DNA of 64,000 nucleotides, taken from NCBI GenBank assembly GCA_965198005.1, contig CBDAOI010000004.1:1664001-1728000 (forward strand), written 5' to 3'. Both the position numbers and the translations under genes were made by a program. The DNA is from Spirochaetia bacterium. Lineage in GTDB: Bacteria; Spirochaetota; Spirochaetia; SZUA-6; Bin103. Below the pieces are notes generated by a model. That model ran no database searches. It was not told the origin of the DNA and saw only the letters and a list, made by a program, of their open reading frames with translations. Shown here in pieces: positions 19,760-30,431 of this stretch (position 1 is its first letter; each line of letters starts with the position of its first letter).

Positions 19760-19870
19760 ACGTAGCTGGGCCACCTCGGCATCGCCTGCATCACTTGGCA
19801 CAAGAACTTCAAGGGCGAGGACTGGCCGGATGAGGATTTCCGCACGCTTGAGGTACCGATCCATGGGCCC
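19760..19870 (+). pseudogene. Possible transposase shard
   Basis: LGHLGIACITWHKNFKGEDWPDEDFRTLEVP resembles the putative transposase family also seen at 49030-49375 (recognition from memory only). Confidence 0.35.
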
Positions 19871-19982
19871 ACTGGAACCAATGAGGCTACCAATCGTTGA
19901 CAGAGTGAATACGTACGGTAATAATATCTGTCCACGGATCGCGGGCCCGGCAAGTGTCTGCGAGACGGGCAAGGAGGCGAAC

Positions 19983-20957
19983 ATGCCGGCATTGACAGGG
20001 GTGCAACTCGAGGAGTTTCAGCGAGAGGGCTACCTGTTGATCGAGGGGCTGTTCGATCCGGCTGAGACACTGGACCCGATCTTCGAAGAGTACGCTGGCG
20101 TTCTGCATCGTCTGGCTGAGAAGCTCCAGGCCGCCGGCGAGCTGGCCTCAGCCTACCGGGAGCTGCCGTTTGGGGATCGCGTCATTCGGATCTACGCTGA
20201 GACCGGCAAGACTTACGAGGCCTACTTTGACTTCAGCCTTCCTCGGGCCGGTGTCAAGAAGGACTCACCGATCTGGGTCGGGCCTACCGTGTTTCGTACG
20301 CTCATAAACTCGTCTCTGCTCGACGTCGTGGAATCGGTAATAGGTCCTGAGATTCTCGCGAATCCGGTGCAGCACGTCCGAATCAAGCCTCCGGAGCGCC
20401 TGGTACCGGCGAGCGCGACTGCGAATGCTAAAGTAGTGTCCACTCCCTGGCATCAGGACAATGGGGTCTTTGAGCCGGAGGCGGACGAGACCGACACGCT
20501 CACTGTGTGGTTTCCGCTTGTGGACGCTACCGTCGAGAATGGTTGTTTGCAAGTGATTCCGCGTAGCCATACCGGCGGCCTCATTACCCACTGTCCCACT
20601 CCCACCCTCGGTCCCGCGATTCCGGACACGTTCCTCGACTCGAACCTGGCGATCACCATCCCTATGCGCCGTGGCGACGTCCTGCTCATCCACAAGAAGA
20701 CGTGCCATTCGTCGTTGGCAAACGTGAGTGACGAGGTGCGGATCAGTTTCGACCTGCGCTACCAACCAATTGGCCAACCGACCGGCAGAAACGGCTACCC
20801 GGGATTCGTTGCCCGCAGTCGCGCCAATCCGGAAGCGGAGATCCGTGATCCAGTCGTCTGGGCGGATCTTTGGTACGCGGCCAGGGACGAGCTGGCGGCC
20901 ACTACGGACGAACCGGTGTACGACCGGTGGGACGGCACGCACCCGGGTTGTGCGTGA
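19983..20957 (+). CDS. Phytanoyl-CoA dioxygenase (PhyH) family Fe(II)/2-oxoglutarate oxygenase
   Basis: FQREGYL, TPWHQD, TVWFPLVDATVENGCLQVIPRSH, HSSLANVSDEVR. Confidence 0.9.
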   Translation: MPALTGVQLEEFQREGYLLIEGLFDPAETLDPIFEEYAGVLHRLAEKLQAAGELASAYRELPFGDRVIRIYAETGKTYEAYFDFSLPRAGVKKDSPIWVGPTVFRTLINSSLLDVVESVIGPEILANPVQHVRIKPPERLVPASATANAKVVSTPWHQDNGVFEPEADETDTLTVWFPLVDATVENGCLQVIPRSHTGGLITHCPTPTLGPAIPDTFLDSNLAITIPMRRGDVLLIHKKTCHSSLANVSDEVRISFDLRYQPIGQPTGRNGYPGFVARSRANPEAEIRDPVVWADLWYAARDELAATTDEPVYDRWDGTHPGCA

Positions 20958-21023
20958 GCTACAACCACCCATGACCAAGCGCGAGAAAAACATTGTAATA
21001 GAGTATTGAGAAAGGGGGACGTA

Positions 21024-22007
21024 ATGGATAGATATCTTGTAACCGGTGCAACCGGATTTATCGGGCGAGAAGTTGTGCATCAGCTGCTATCCCTTGGAAA
21101 AGAGGTAACAGCCCTGGGGCGTACGACTCCTGATGAAGAGATTTCTTTTATACAGGCCGATTTAACCGATAGTCACGGTTTGGAGCAGGCTTTAGAGGGT
21201 CGCAAGTTTGAATGTATTTTGCATATTGCCTCGTTACCGGGCGACACGGGGGATTCCGTACAAATGGTTCAGGTCAACGTAAATGGCTGTCAGAATATAT
21301 TGGAGTATGCCCGTAGGTCCGGAGTGAATAGGTTTGTGTTGACAAGCAGTGTCTCCGCTTATGAATGGTATCCAGCAACCAAGTTCAACGCTCCGGATTA
21401 TATGCCGGTAGATGAGGAACACCCCTGTAGACCCAAGGATATGTATTCCACCACGAAGCGAGCACAAGAGCTATTGGCCATGACATATTATTGGCAATAC
21501 AAAGTACCAACGACCGCTTTGAGACTGGTCGCGGTCGTTGGACCTCGTGGTCGGGGGGGAGGACGTGGATATCGTGAGTTGGCCGAAATGATGGCTGAGG
21601 GGACAAGCGTCAAAATCCCACATTTTTCTGCCGACGAATTGTGTCACTATGTAGATTTGCGGGATGCAGGGCGTATGCATATCGCTTTGGCCGAACACCC
21701 CAAGGCGGTTGGTGAGATCTTTAACTGCGCTGGTCCCGAATCTACACGAGGGACTGAGTTTGCTGACGTTGTCCAACGATTGGTTCCTGGAATCGACGTG
21801 GAATACGGTTTCCCTTGGAGTATGGCCCAGGGAGGCGAGATTGCATTCAATATGTCGAAAACTGAACGACTGGTCGATTTTATACCGCGCTATTCTATTT
21901 CCGATTCCCTCCAAAGTATAAAGGACTGGATCGATGCTGGCGGTCTGGAGAAGGACAAGCTCAGCCAGAAAGAATCTTTTGGCGCTGGAGAAATAGGGGA
22001 GAGATAA
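21024..22007 (+). CDS. NAD-dependent epimerase/dehydratase
   Basis: LVTGATGFIG, TSS, YSTTK. Confidence 0.9.
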   Translation: MDRYLVTGATGFIGREVVHQLLSLGKEVTALGRTTPDEEISFIQADLTDSHGLEQALEGRKFECILHIASLPGDTGDSVQMVQVNVNGCQNILEYARRSGVNRFVLTSSVSAYEWYPATKFNAPDYMPVDEEHPCRPKDMYSTTKRAQELLAMTYYWQYKVPTTALRLVAVVGPRGRGGGRGYRELAEMMAEGTSVKIPHFSADELCHYVDLRDAGRMHIALAEHPKAVGEIFNCAGPESTRGTEFADVVQRLVPGIDVEYGFPWSMAQGGEIAFNMSKTERLVDFIPRYSISDSLQSIKDWIDAGGLEKDKLSQKESFGAGEIGER

Positions 22008-22718
22008 ATGGAAAGATCATTACAAGAAGAAATGCTCGAAAAATTGCGGAGCTTCAATACCCCGACCGTGTCGAACATTGTTGCTACGTATTCCGAGAAT
22101 CCCCTCTGTCTCGGTCTCTATGACGCCTGGAACGGCAGATGGTATACGGATCAATCGGTTCGCTGTGCGTTTCCGGAGATGGGGAGAAGAATAGGACATG
22201 CATTTACAATGATTTATTCAACGCCTGACCCGGAGTACCCGCAATTGTTGTTCGCGGATTTGATAGAAGCGCTGGACAAGGCGAAAAAGCCTATTATCGT
22301 CGTATGTCAGCAAACCTATCCGGACGGTATTGTCGATAGAGCGGGACTGTTTGGAGGTCAATCAACAGCACTATATAAGGCGTGTGGGGTGGTGGGGGTA
22401 GTGACTAATGGTCCTTCTCGAGATTTGGATGAAATGCGTCCATTCGGAGTGCAATATATTATGAGTGGCACTACAGCCGGACATGGAGAGTTCGCTTTGA
22501 GGGCACTCAATGTACCTGTTTCGGTTGCGGGAATGGATGTGACATCTGGTGATATGATTCATATGGATGAACATGGCGCGTGCAAGTTCCCGGAAGATAA
22601 GCTGGCAGATATTTGTAAGAATATTGATGTTCTTGCCAGGAAAGAAGAAGAACAGGTCGAAGCGATACTAGCAGCAAAGACAGTGGAGGAAATAAAGGAA
22701 GCTTGGCCAGAGAAATAG
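22008..22718 (+). CDS. RraA family protein (HMG/CHA aldolase-like)
   Basis: TPTVSN, GVVTNGPSRDLDE, VSVAGMDVTSGDMIHMDEHG. Confidence 0.88.
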   Translation: MERSLQEEMLEKLRSFNTPTVSNIVATYSENPLCLGLYDAWNGRWYTDQSVRCAFPEMGRRIGHAFTMIYSTPDPEYPQLLFADLIEALDKAKKPIIVVCQQTYPDGIVDRAGLFGGQSTALYKACGVVGVVTNGPSRDLDEMRPFGVQYIMSGTTAGHGEFALRALNVPVSVAGMDVTSGDMIHMDEHGACKFPEDKLADICKNIDVLARKEEEQVEAILAAKTVEEIKEAWPEK

Positions 22719-22735
22719 GTGGGAGTTGAGTAGGT

Positions 22736-23722
22736 ATGCGGGCCTATATTATCAGGAGATTATTGGTACTCATACCCACCGTCCTCCTGGTGAGTATGAT
22801 GATCTTCGTGGTGATGCGCATTCTTCCAGGCGACATAATAACCGCGATGATGGCAGCATCTCCGGACGAAAGCTTTTCGGAATACCAAAGAGCTTTACTA
22901 CTGATCAAGCTGGGGCTGGATGCACCACTACATGTTCAGTATGGACGGTGGATGGGATTTCTTCCCCAGATGGATGGCAGTTTCAGAGGTATTCTTCAAG
23001 GCGACTTGGGGGTTTCCTGGTGGAGAGTGACGCCCGTGGCCGAACTACTGGCGCTTAAATGGCCAGTAACCCTTGAACTTGGCGTCATCGGGCTACTGAT
23101 AGCCCAACTGATAGCCTTGCCTACAGGTATATACTCAGCGATACGGCAGGATCAATGGGGTGACTATATAGCGCGTAGCGTTGCCATATTGTGTATCTCC
23201 GTCCCGGGGTTCTGGTTAGGGACTATCATAATAGTATTCCCCTCAATATGGTGGGGCTATATGCCACCCATCATGCTTATCCCGTTTTTTGAGGACCCAA
23301 TAGGCAATCTGAGAATGTTCGTCGTGGCGGCTATCGTTCTGGGCATGGAATTGTGTGGGAGAACCATGAGAATGACCCGAACCATGATGCTGGAGGTGTT
23401 GAGGAAAGATTATATCAGGACAGCCTGGGCAAAGGGGCTAAGGGAGAGGATAGTCGTCATAAGGCACGCCCTGAAGAATGCGCTGATCCCGGTAATCACC
23501 ACAATAGGAATTCAGGTGCCCATCCTGGTTGGGGGCACCGTTATTATAGAGCAGATATTTGTGCTACCCGGGATGGGCCGCCTAATGATAACTGCGGTCC
23601 TTCAAAGAGACTACCCGCTGGTTAACGGAATAATGCTGGTTTTTGCGGCCGTCCTGGTGCTGATAAATCTAGCGGTTGACCTAACCTACGCCTATTTGGA
23701 CCCCAGGATTCGTTATAGATAA
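22736..23722 (+). CDS. ABC transporter permease, DppB-like
   Basis: MRAYIIRR...EVLRKDYIRTAWAKGL...YLDPRIRY. Confidence 0.95.
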   Translation: MRAYIIRRLLVLIPTVLLVSMMIFVVMRILPGDIITAMMAASPDESFSEYQRALLLIKLGLDAPLHVQYGRWMGFLPQMDGSFRGILQGDLGVSWWRVTPVAELLALKWPVTLELGVIGLLIAQLIALPTGIYSAIRQDQWGDYIARSVAILCISVPGFWLGTIIIVFPSIWWGYMPPIMLIPFFEDPIGNLRMFVVAAIVLGMELCGRTMRMTRTMMLEVLRKDYIRTAWAKGLRERIVVIRHALKNALIPVITTIGIQVPILVGGTVIIEQIFVLPGMGRLMITAVLQRDYPLVNGIMLVFAAVLVLINLAVDLTYAYLDPRIRYR

Positions 23723-23725
23723 TGA

Positions 23726-24646
23726 GTGATGGTGGCCGATAGCTCATCAGGGAACGCAGCCGAAATGGAGAGACGCTCCACACCGGTCAATTTCCTGATA
23801 AGGCTGGTGAAGGAAAAGCCACTGGGTGCTGTGGGTGGAATCATAACCTTTATCCTGCTTCTCACCGGTATTTTTGCCGATTTCCTTCCCGCCTATGGAA
23901 CAAATGAAGTTCATATGGAAGATATCATGGTTCCACCATCAGTCCGGTACTGGTTGGGGACGGATAACCTGGGGCGAGACGTGCTCTCTCGTGTCATCTT
24001 CGGGGCTCGCGTCTCGGTGATTGTCGGTTTGGGAGCTTCTACTGTAATAACGATTCTCGCTTCAATTATCGGTATTATGACCGGGTACATCGGCGGTAAT
24101 TTTGACCTCATAGTGCAACGGTTTGTCGATGCCCTCATGAGCGTGCCAGGTCTAATTCTTATGATGGTCTTGATATCCATCATCGGGCCGGGTATGTGGC
24201 AGGTGATCGTTGTTATGGGGATACGACTGGGCGTCACCAGTTCGAGGGTAATAAGGAGCGCGGTCATCAGTATCAAGGAGGATACGTATGTGGAGGCGGC
24301 GGCGGCAATTGGCTGTTCTACCTCCAGGATACTTACGCGCCATATCCTGCCCAATATCATGGCTCACGCAATTGTCATATTCACCACTAGGATGCCGACG
24401 GTTATTATAGCTGAGGCTAGCCTGAGCTTTCTTGGCTTTGGTATCCCTCCGTCGACTCCGAGCTGGGGAGGCATGCTTAGTGGCGGTGCGCGTGCCTATA
24501 TGTTCAGGGCGCCGTGGATGGTCATATGGCCTGGTGTTGCCCTGGCTGCGGTGGTGTATGGTATAAATATGTTTGGCGATGCACTGAGAGACTTGTTGGA
24601 CCCAAAGCTGAGGGGTGGTGCGGGGCGCTATGGGTTGAGAGAGTGA
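23726..24646 (+). CDS. ABC transporter permease, DppC-like
   Basis: WLGTDNLGRDVLSRVIFGAR...GDALRDLLDPKLRGG. Confidence 0.95.
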   Translation: MMVADSSSGNAAEMERRSTPVNFLIRLVKEKPLGAVGGIITFILLLTGIFADFLPAYGTNEVHMEDIMVPPSVRYWLGTDNLGRDVLSRVIFGARVSVIVGLGASTVITILASIIGIMTGYIGGNFDLIVQRFVDALMSVPGLILMMVLISIIGPGMWQVIVVMGIRLGVTSSRVIRSAVISIKEDTYVEAAAAIGCSTSRILTRHILPNIMAHAIVIFTTRMPTVIIAEASLSFLGFGIPPSTPSWGGMLSGGARAYMFRAPWMVIWPGVALAAVVYGINMFGDALRDLLDPKLRGGAGRYGLRE

Positions 24647-24798
24647 AACAAGAAGCCTTAAGGAGAGTTGACGACACGGGAGGAGAACTGGATGTGCATG
24701 ATTACAGGATCTTGAAAACACGTGGTAGGATGCCCGGGATTCAAGATATCGGCAAGGCAATGAGAAGCAAGAAACATTCTATACTGAGGAGTTGGATT

Positions 24799-26508
24799 GT
24801 GAAAACCAGGATTTTTGTCGTAGTACTGGCGTTCGCGGTGGTAGCGACCCTTGCTTTTTCCGTCGGTGAGACGGAAGAGGATGTGGCAGCAGAAGAGGTG
24901 GAAGCAGGTGTGCCCCAATATGGTGGCACGCTCACTATTTTCCATGGCAAGCAATATATGGCAGACCCACCAAGCCCGGACATAGCTGATGGTATGTTCC
25001 CGTTCCATTGGCTACAGATCATGCAGGAGAGGCCAATAATTGGCGACTTCGAGAAGTACGGGATCAGGGGCACTGGTGAATTTTCATTTCAGTTGCGTAC
25101 GTTCATCCCCGAGAAGTTCATGAAAGGCAACGTGCTCGAAAGTTGGGAGGTTAGTCCCGAGAATATAACCTGGCGCATACGGCCGGGAATAGACTGGCAG
25201 GATGTGCCGCACATAATGAAAGCCCGGGAACTTACTGCCGAGGATGTTGTCGCTGACGTGAAATACTTCTTGGCGTCTCCGCCAGGGAAGAGTGTCGCGC
25301 GGTATATAGGGGACGTATATGCCACGGACAGATACACCGCTGTTCTTGAATTCACCAAGTTCGATCTTGGTTGGTACTATCGCCTTGGCTATGAAGACCG
25401 CGCCATAATAAGTCCACCTGAAACGGAAGGTTCCAAGAAGTGGGAAGATCAGGTTGGCACGGGACCATTCATATTCAAAGAGTATGTCGTTGGTTCTCAC
25501 ATGAGCTTCAAGAGCAACCCTGATTGGTGGAAAACGACGATCATCGACGGCGTGGAATATCAAGTACCGTTTGTAGACGAGATAATAAAGCCCATCATTC
25601 CCGATGAGGCTACCCAGATGGCCGCGCTGCGGACGGCGAAGCTTGATTACGTTCATTATGTGCCCGTCAGGCAGTGGGAAAACTTGGACACAACAGCCCC
25701 TGAGCTGGTAAGCGCCAGACTGGTTGCGGAAAGGGGAATGACTGTAGCTTTGAAGACCAGTGAGGCACCTTTTGACGATGTGAACGTACGGCGAGCCTTG
25801 ATGATTGGCACAGACATGAAAGCCTTCGCTGACGCCATGGGTGTGGGACCACTACCGACATACTGGTTCCCAATGTATCCGGGGAATCCCACAGTTTTCA
25901 CTACACTGGAAGAACTGCCTTCGGAAACCCGATTGCTGTTTGACTATAACCCGGAACTGGCCAGACAGATGCTGGCAGATGCTGGTTACCCCGATGGCTT
26001 TGAGATGGAACATTGGACTGCAACCGAAGCCACCGAACTGGATGCAGCGGATCTGCTTAAATACCAGTGGGCTCAGATTGGCGTTGACGTCAAGATAATG
26101 GCATCCGACTATATCAACTTTGATGATGCCCGAAGGTACAAAAGATACAGTCACAGCGTCATGGACTTCGCTGGGACGGCCAATCCGACTGATGCGCTCG
26201 TCCTCCGCGGGGGGACGGACCAGCCCCTCAACTACGCTGACTGGTCGGACGAGTATTTTGATGAGATGCTGGCCAAGATAGCCGAAGAGGAAGATTACGT
26301 TGAGCGAGACCGCCTAATCAAGAAGGCAGCCGCACATATGCTCAATGAGGCTAAGTCCATACCTCTCTACACTGAGCAGGAAGGGCTCTTTTGGTGGCCG
26401 TGGGTAAACAATTTCTATGGCGAGACCAACCTCGGAGACAATGATAACGAAACCCCCCTGGCCTACGCCTGGATTGACCAGAAGCTGAAGGCAGAGATGG
26501 GATACTAG
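24799..26508 (+). CDS. ABC transporter substrate-binding protein, family 5 (copy 1)
   Basis: GTG after RBS gaggag; signal peptide KTRIFVVVLAFAVVATLAF; PQYGGTL, GTGPF, PFDDVNVRRAL. Confidence 0.93.
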   Translation: MKTRIFVVVLAFAVVATLAFSVGETEEDVAAEEVEAGVPQYGGTLTIFHGKQYMADPPSPDIADGMFPFHWLQIMQERPIIGDFEKYGIRGTGEFSFQLRTFIPEKFMKGNVLESWEVSPENITWRIRPGIDWQDVPHIMKARELTAEDVVADVKYFLASPPGKSVARYIGDVYATDRYTAVLEFTKFDLGWYYRLGYEDRAIISPPETEGSKKWEDQVGTGPFIFKEYVVGSHMSFKSNPDWWKTTIIDGVEYQVPFVDEIIKPIIPDEATQMAALRTAKLDYVHYVPVRQWENLDTTAPELVSARLVAERGMTVALKTSEAPFDDVNVRRALMIGTDMKAFADAMGVGPLPTYWFPMYPGNPTVFTTLEELPSETRLLFDYNPELARQMLADAGYPDGFEMEHWTATEATELDAADLLKYQWAQIGVDVKIMASDYINFDDARRYKRYSHSVMDFAGTANPTDALVLRGGTDQPLNYADWSDEYFDEMLAKIAEEEDYVERDRLIKKAAAHMLNEAKSIPLYTEQEGLFWWPWVNNFYGETNLGDNDNETPLAYAWIDQKLKAEMGY

Positions 26509-26574
26509 GTAGTAGCAGCCAACACCGAAAGAGCTTCGGCAATTCCGTATAGGGGATCAATAGCCAGAGGTAGA

Positions 26575-26605
26575 AGAGGGGCGGGAGATAATCTCCCGCC
26601 CCTCT
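26575..26605 (+). terminator. Perfect inverted repeat, probable terminator
   Basis: agaggggcgggaga-taa-tctcccgcccctct. Confidence 0.7.
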
Positions 26606-26839
26606 AACATTATACCTGAATTCTACACAAAGGGGGGTGAACGACGTTGCTATGGCAACAGTCTTGTCCGTGAGAGGAATGCTTCTGGTTTTGCTACCCC
26701 TCTCCCGTTCACGAGTACGAATGATTTCTACGCTGTCAATGGTTATGCGTACTTCACGGGCGGTACGCCTCCAGGTGTGGAACCGTACCCAACCGAACTG
26801 GGCCGCCGTCTCGTTGATGCCGGCACGGGTCGGAGAATA

Positions 26840-27658
26840 ATGAAGATTCTGGTCACGAACGACGACGGCATCGATTCGCCCGGCATCCAGGCTCTCGCCG
26901 AAGCGATGAGTCGGGTCGGCGAGGTGCTCATTGTTGCCCCGGACCGAGAACAGAGTGGCGTCGGCACTGCCGTATCCTTTCACAACGGCATTGCTGTCGC
27001 GGAACGAACTTCTTCCATTAAAGGGGCGCGTGCCTATGCGGTCAGCGGCACACCGAGCGATTGTGTGTTCCTGGGCCTGGGGCCATTGGCTGAAGGCAAG
27101 ATACACCTCGTCGTGTCCGGCATCAACACGGGCGCCAATGTTGGTAATGCCGTCCTGGGGTCGGGGACCACCATGGCGACCCGCGTGGCTCATGAGCGCA
27201 GTCCCAGGATCCCATCAATTGCCGTCTCGCTGAGCCTAGATGGGCCGCAAGACCGCAGAGAGCCGCTTTTCCACCTTGCCGCCACGGTTTCCGAATTATT
27301 GGCGCGCCGCATAGCAGAGGGTGAAATGCCGACGGGCATCACCCTCAATGTGAACGTCCCCAGTGTTCCTAGCGGAGAAATCCGGGGTATTGCCGTGACC
27401 CGACTCTCTCCCATTAGTTACTGGAAACTACGAACGGAGCAGCGCGGCGATGGACTCTACTACAACAAGCTCTCCGCAATCGCAGCGGACCATCCCGACA
27501 TCGTAGAGGGGACCGATGTCTGGGCTCTCAATCGGGGCCTTATATCCATCACCCCGTTACGCCTGGAAGTCACCGACGATACCCAACTGCCAGCGCTGCG
27601 GGAGCATACGCCTCACCTCGAGTCCGCTCTCGAGCGGATTGTTGTCGAGGTTCCGTGA
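26840..27658 (+). CDS. surE: 5'/3'-nucleotidase SurE
   Basis: MKILVTNDDGIDSPG, VAPDREQSG, GTPSDCV, VVSGIN.GAN, SGT, LNVNVP, ISITPL. Confidence 0.92.
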   Translation: MKILVTNDDGIDSPGIQALAEAMSRVGEVLIVAPDREQSGVGTAVSFHNGIAVAERTSSIKGARAYAVSGTPSDCVFLGLGPLAEGKIHLVVSGINTGANVGNAVLGSGTTMATRVAHERSPRIPSIAVSLSLDGPQDRREPLFHLAATVSELLARRIAEGEMPTGITLNVNVPSVPSGEIRGIAVTRLSPISYWKLRTEQRGDGLYYNKLSAIAADHPDIVEGTDVWALNRGLISITPLRLEVTDDTQLPALREHTPHLESALERIVVEVP

Positions 27659-27699
27659 TAGGGCGCGGTCGGTGCCCGCGGCTAGGCTGGAATGAGGAG

Positions 27700-27997
27700 C
27701 GAGCACAGCTGGGTGGTTGACGCGCCCCTCGGTGGCGGCGGAGAGCGGGTCTCCCGAGTACCTGCTGAGCTGGAATCGCGGGCACTGGTCGATCGAGGCC
27801 AAAAACCACCTGCGCCGTGACGCCACCAAGACGCCGGCCGCGACTGGCGCGGCTTTGCACCGGCCAACCGCAAGACCTGCAACAACATCGCGCTGGCGAT
27901 GATTCTACATCAGGGGAACACCAACGCGGCTGCCGCCCTGCGCCATTTTAGGCTCCACCGGAAGGCGGCATTCGCGGCTCTGCTGTCGCCCGGCTGA
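27700..27997 (+). mobile_element. ISAs1-family transposase C-terminal remnant
   Basis: LLSWNRGHWSIEAKNHLRRD...NNIALA...LRHF; frameshifted. Confidence 0.7.
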
Positions 27998-28423
27998 GCC
28001 GGTCGCGCGTTCCGCCCCGCGGCAACCCCCTCTGAATGCCCCAACACCCTACCCGCAGGGCCGGGCGGTAGCCGGTGGGCTGTGAAGTCCTCCGTCATCC
28101 CCTCGACGATCGCGGCGGAGGCATTGACTCCAGTTGACCACGTTGGGCGAATATGAGAGAAGAGTGGTCCATGAACACCACGTGACCTGCAGACACGACA
28201 CCTACGGGTCGCACAGTGTGATCGAGTCGGTGCGTCACGATCCCCTGAGTGGGGGCCTCACCGCTCAGCGGTTCCGCCCGCGCGCCACAGGTCTGAGACT
28301 CAAACCGCCCGAGAGGGCATCAGCATGCCGGACGCGTTGGGGCGAGTAGCCGCGTGGCGACGGCCGTCAGATCGGGATGGTGGAGAGACACCTGTGCAGT
28401 TGCTTGATGCTCCGCACGGTTAT

Positions 28424-30394
28424 ATGGTATATGGCTTGGTGTTGCCCTGGCTGCGGTGGCGTATGCACTGAGAGACTTGTTGGACCCAAGGCTGAGGGGT
28501 GGTGCGGGGCGCTATGGGTTGAGAGAGTGAAACAAGAAGCCTTAAGGAGAGTTGACGACACGGGAGGAGAACTGGATGTGCATGATTACAGGATCTTGAA
28601 AACACGTGGTAGGATGCCCGGGATTCAAGATATCGGCAAGGCAATGAGAAGCAAGAAACATTCTATACTGAGGAGTTGGATTGTGAAAACCAGGATTTTT
28701 GTCGTAGTACTGGCGTTCGCGGTGGTAGCGACCCTTGCTTTTTCCGTCGGTGAGACGGAAGAGGATGTGGCAGCAGAAGAGGTGGAAGAAGGTGTGCCCC
28801 AATATGGTGGCACGCTCACTATTTTCCATGGCAAGCAATATATGGCAGACCCACCAAGCCCGGACATAGCTGATGGTATGTTCCCGTTCCATTGGCTACA
28901 GATCATGCAGGAGAGGCCAATAATTGGCGACTTCGAGAAGTACGGGATCAGGGGCACTGGTGAATTTTCATTTCAGTTGCGTACGTTCATCCCCGAGAAG
29001 TTCATGAAAGGCAACGTGCTCGAAAGTTGGGAGGTTAGTCCCGAGAATATAACCTGGCGCATACGGCCGGGAATAGACTGGCAGGATGTGCCGCACATAA
29101 TGAAAGCCCGGGAACTTACTGCCGAGGATGTTGTCGCTGACGTGAAATACTTCTTGGCGTCTCCGCCAGGGAAGAGTGTCGCGCGGTATATAGGGGACGT
29201 ATATGCCACGGACAGATACACCGCTGTTCTTGAATTCACCAAGTTCGATCTTGGTTGGTACTATCGCCTTGGCTATGAAGACCGCGCCATAATAAGTCCA
29301 CCTGAAACGGAAGGTTCCAAGAAGTGGGAAGATCAGGTTGGCACGGGACCATTCATATTCAAAGAGTATGTCGTTGGTTCTCACATGAGCTTCAAGAGCA
29401 ACCCTGATTGGTGGAAAACGACGATCATCGACGGCGTGGAATATCAAGTACCGTTTGTAGACGAGATAATAAAGCCCATCATTCCCGATGAGGCTACCCA
29501 GATGGCCGCGCTGCGGACGGCGAAGCTTGATTACGTTCATTATGTGCCCGTCAGGCAGTGGGAAAACTTGGACACAACAGCCCCTGAGCTGGTAAGCGCC
29601 AGACTGGTTGCGGAAAGGGGAATGACTGTAGCTTTGAAGACCAGTGAGGCACCTTTTGACGATGTGAACGTACGGCGAGCCTTGATGATTGGCACAGACA
29701 TGAAAGCCTTCGCTGACGCCATGGGTGTGGGACCACTACCGACATACTGGTTCCCAATGTATCCGGGGAATCCCACAGTTTTCACTACACTGGAAGAACT
29801 GCCTTCGGAAACCCGATTGCTGTTTGACTATAACCCGGAACTGGCCAGACAGATGCTGGCAGATGCTGGTTACCCCGATGGCTTTGAGATGGAACATTGG
29901 ACTGCAACCGAAGCCACCGAACTGGATGCAGCGGATCTGCTTAAATACCAGTGGGCTCAGATTGGCGTTGACGTCAAGATAATGGCATCCGACTATATCA
30001 ACTTTGATGATGCCCGAAGGTACAAAAGATACAGTCACAGCGTCATGGACTTCGCTGGGACGGCCAATCCGACTGATGCGCTCGTCCTCCGCGGGGGGAC
30101 GGACCAGCCCCTCAACTACGCTGACTGGTCGGACGAGTATTTTGATGAGATGCTGGCCAAGATAGCCGAAGAGGAAGATTACGTTGAGCGAGACCGCCTA
30201 ATCAAGAAGGCAGCCGCACATATGCTTAATGAGGCTAAGTCCATACCTCTCTACACTGAGCAGGAAGGGCTCTTTTGGTGGCCGTGGGTAAACAATTTCT
30301 ATGGCGAGACCAACCTTGGCGACAATGATAATGAAACCCCCCTGGCCTACGCCTGGATTGACCAGAAGCTGAAGGCAGAGATGGGATACTAGGC
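28424..30394 (+). repeat. ~1.97-kb near-identical direct duplication of ~24525-26510 (degenerate dppC 3' end + SBP gene)
   Basis: Constant offset of 3884 bp across the SBP gene; only a handful of substitutions. Confidence 0.95.
28683..30392 (+). CDS. ABC transporter substrate-binding protein, family 5 (copy 2)
   Basis: Protein identical to 24799-26508 except EEVEAG vs EEVEEG. Confidence 0.93.
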   Translation: MKTRIFVVVLAFAVVATLAFSVGETEEDVAAEEVEEGVPQYGGTLTIFHGKQYMADPPSPDIADGMFPFHWLQIMQERPIIGDFEKYGIRGTGEFSFQLRTFIPEKFMKGNVLESWEVSPENITWRIRPGIDWQDVPHIMKARELTAEDVVADVKYFLASPPGKSVARYIGDVYATDRYTAVLEFTKFDLGWYYRLGYEDRAIISPPETEGSKKWEDQVGTGPFIFKEYVVGSHMSFKSNPDWWKTTIIDGVEYQVPFVDEIIKPIIPDEATQMAALRTAKLDYVHYVPVRQWENLDTTAPELVSARLVAERGMTVALKTSEAPFDDVNVRRALMIGTDMKAFADAMGVGPLPTYWFPMYPGNPTVFTTLEELPSETRLLFDYNPELARQMLADAGYPDGFEMEHWTATEATELDAADLLKYQWAQIGVDVKIMASDYINFDDARRYKRYSHSVMDFAGTANPTDALVLRGGTDQPLNYADWSDEYFDEMLAKIAEEEDYVERDRLIKKAAAHMLNEAKSIPLYTEQEGLFWWPWVNNFYGETNLGDNDNETPLAYAWIDQKLKAEMGY

Positions 30395-30431
30395 AATAAC
30401 AGCTAACCTGAGAACCAGAAAGGAATAGAGA

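Noticed and set aside
24514-24798. Long N-terminal extensions on SBP ORFs (also 28377-28682 and 53090-53284)
   Set aside because: Downstream starts have RBS and signal peptides; the extensions are open-frame artefacts.
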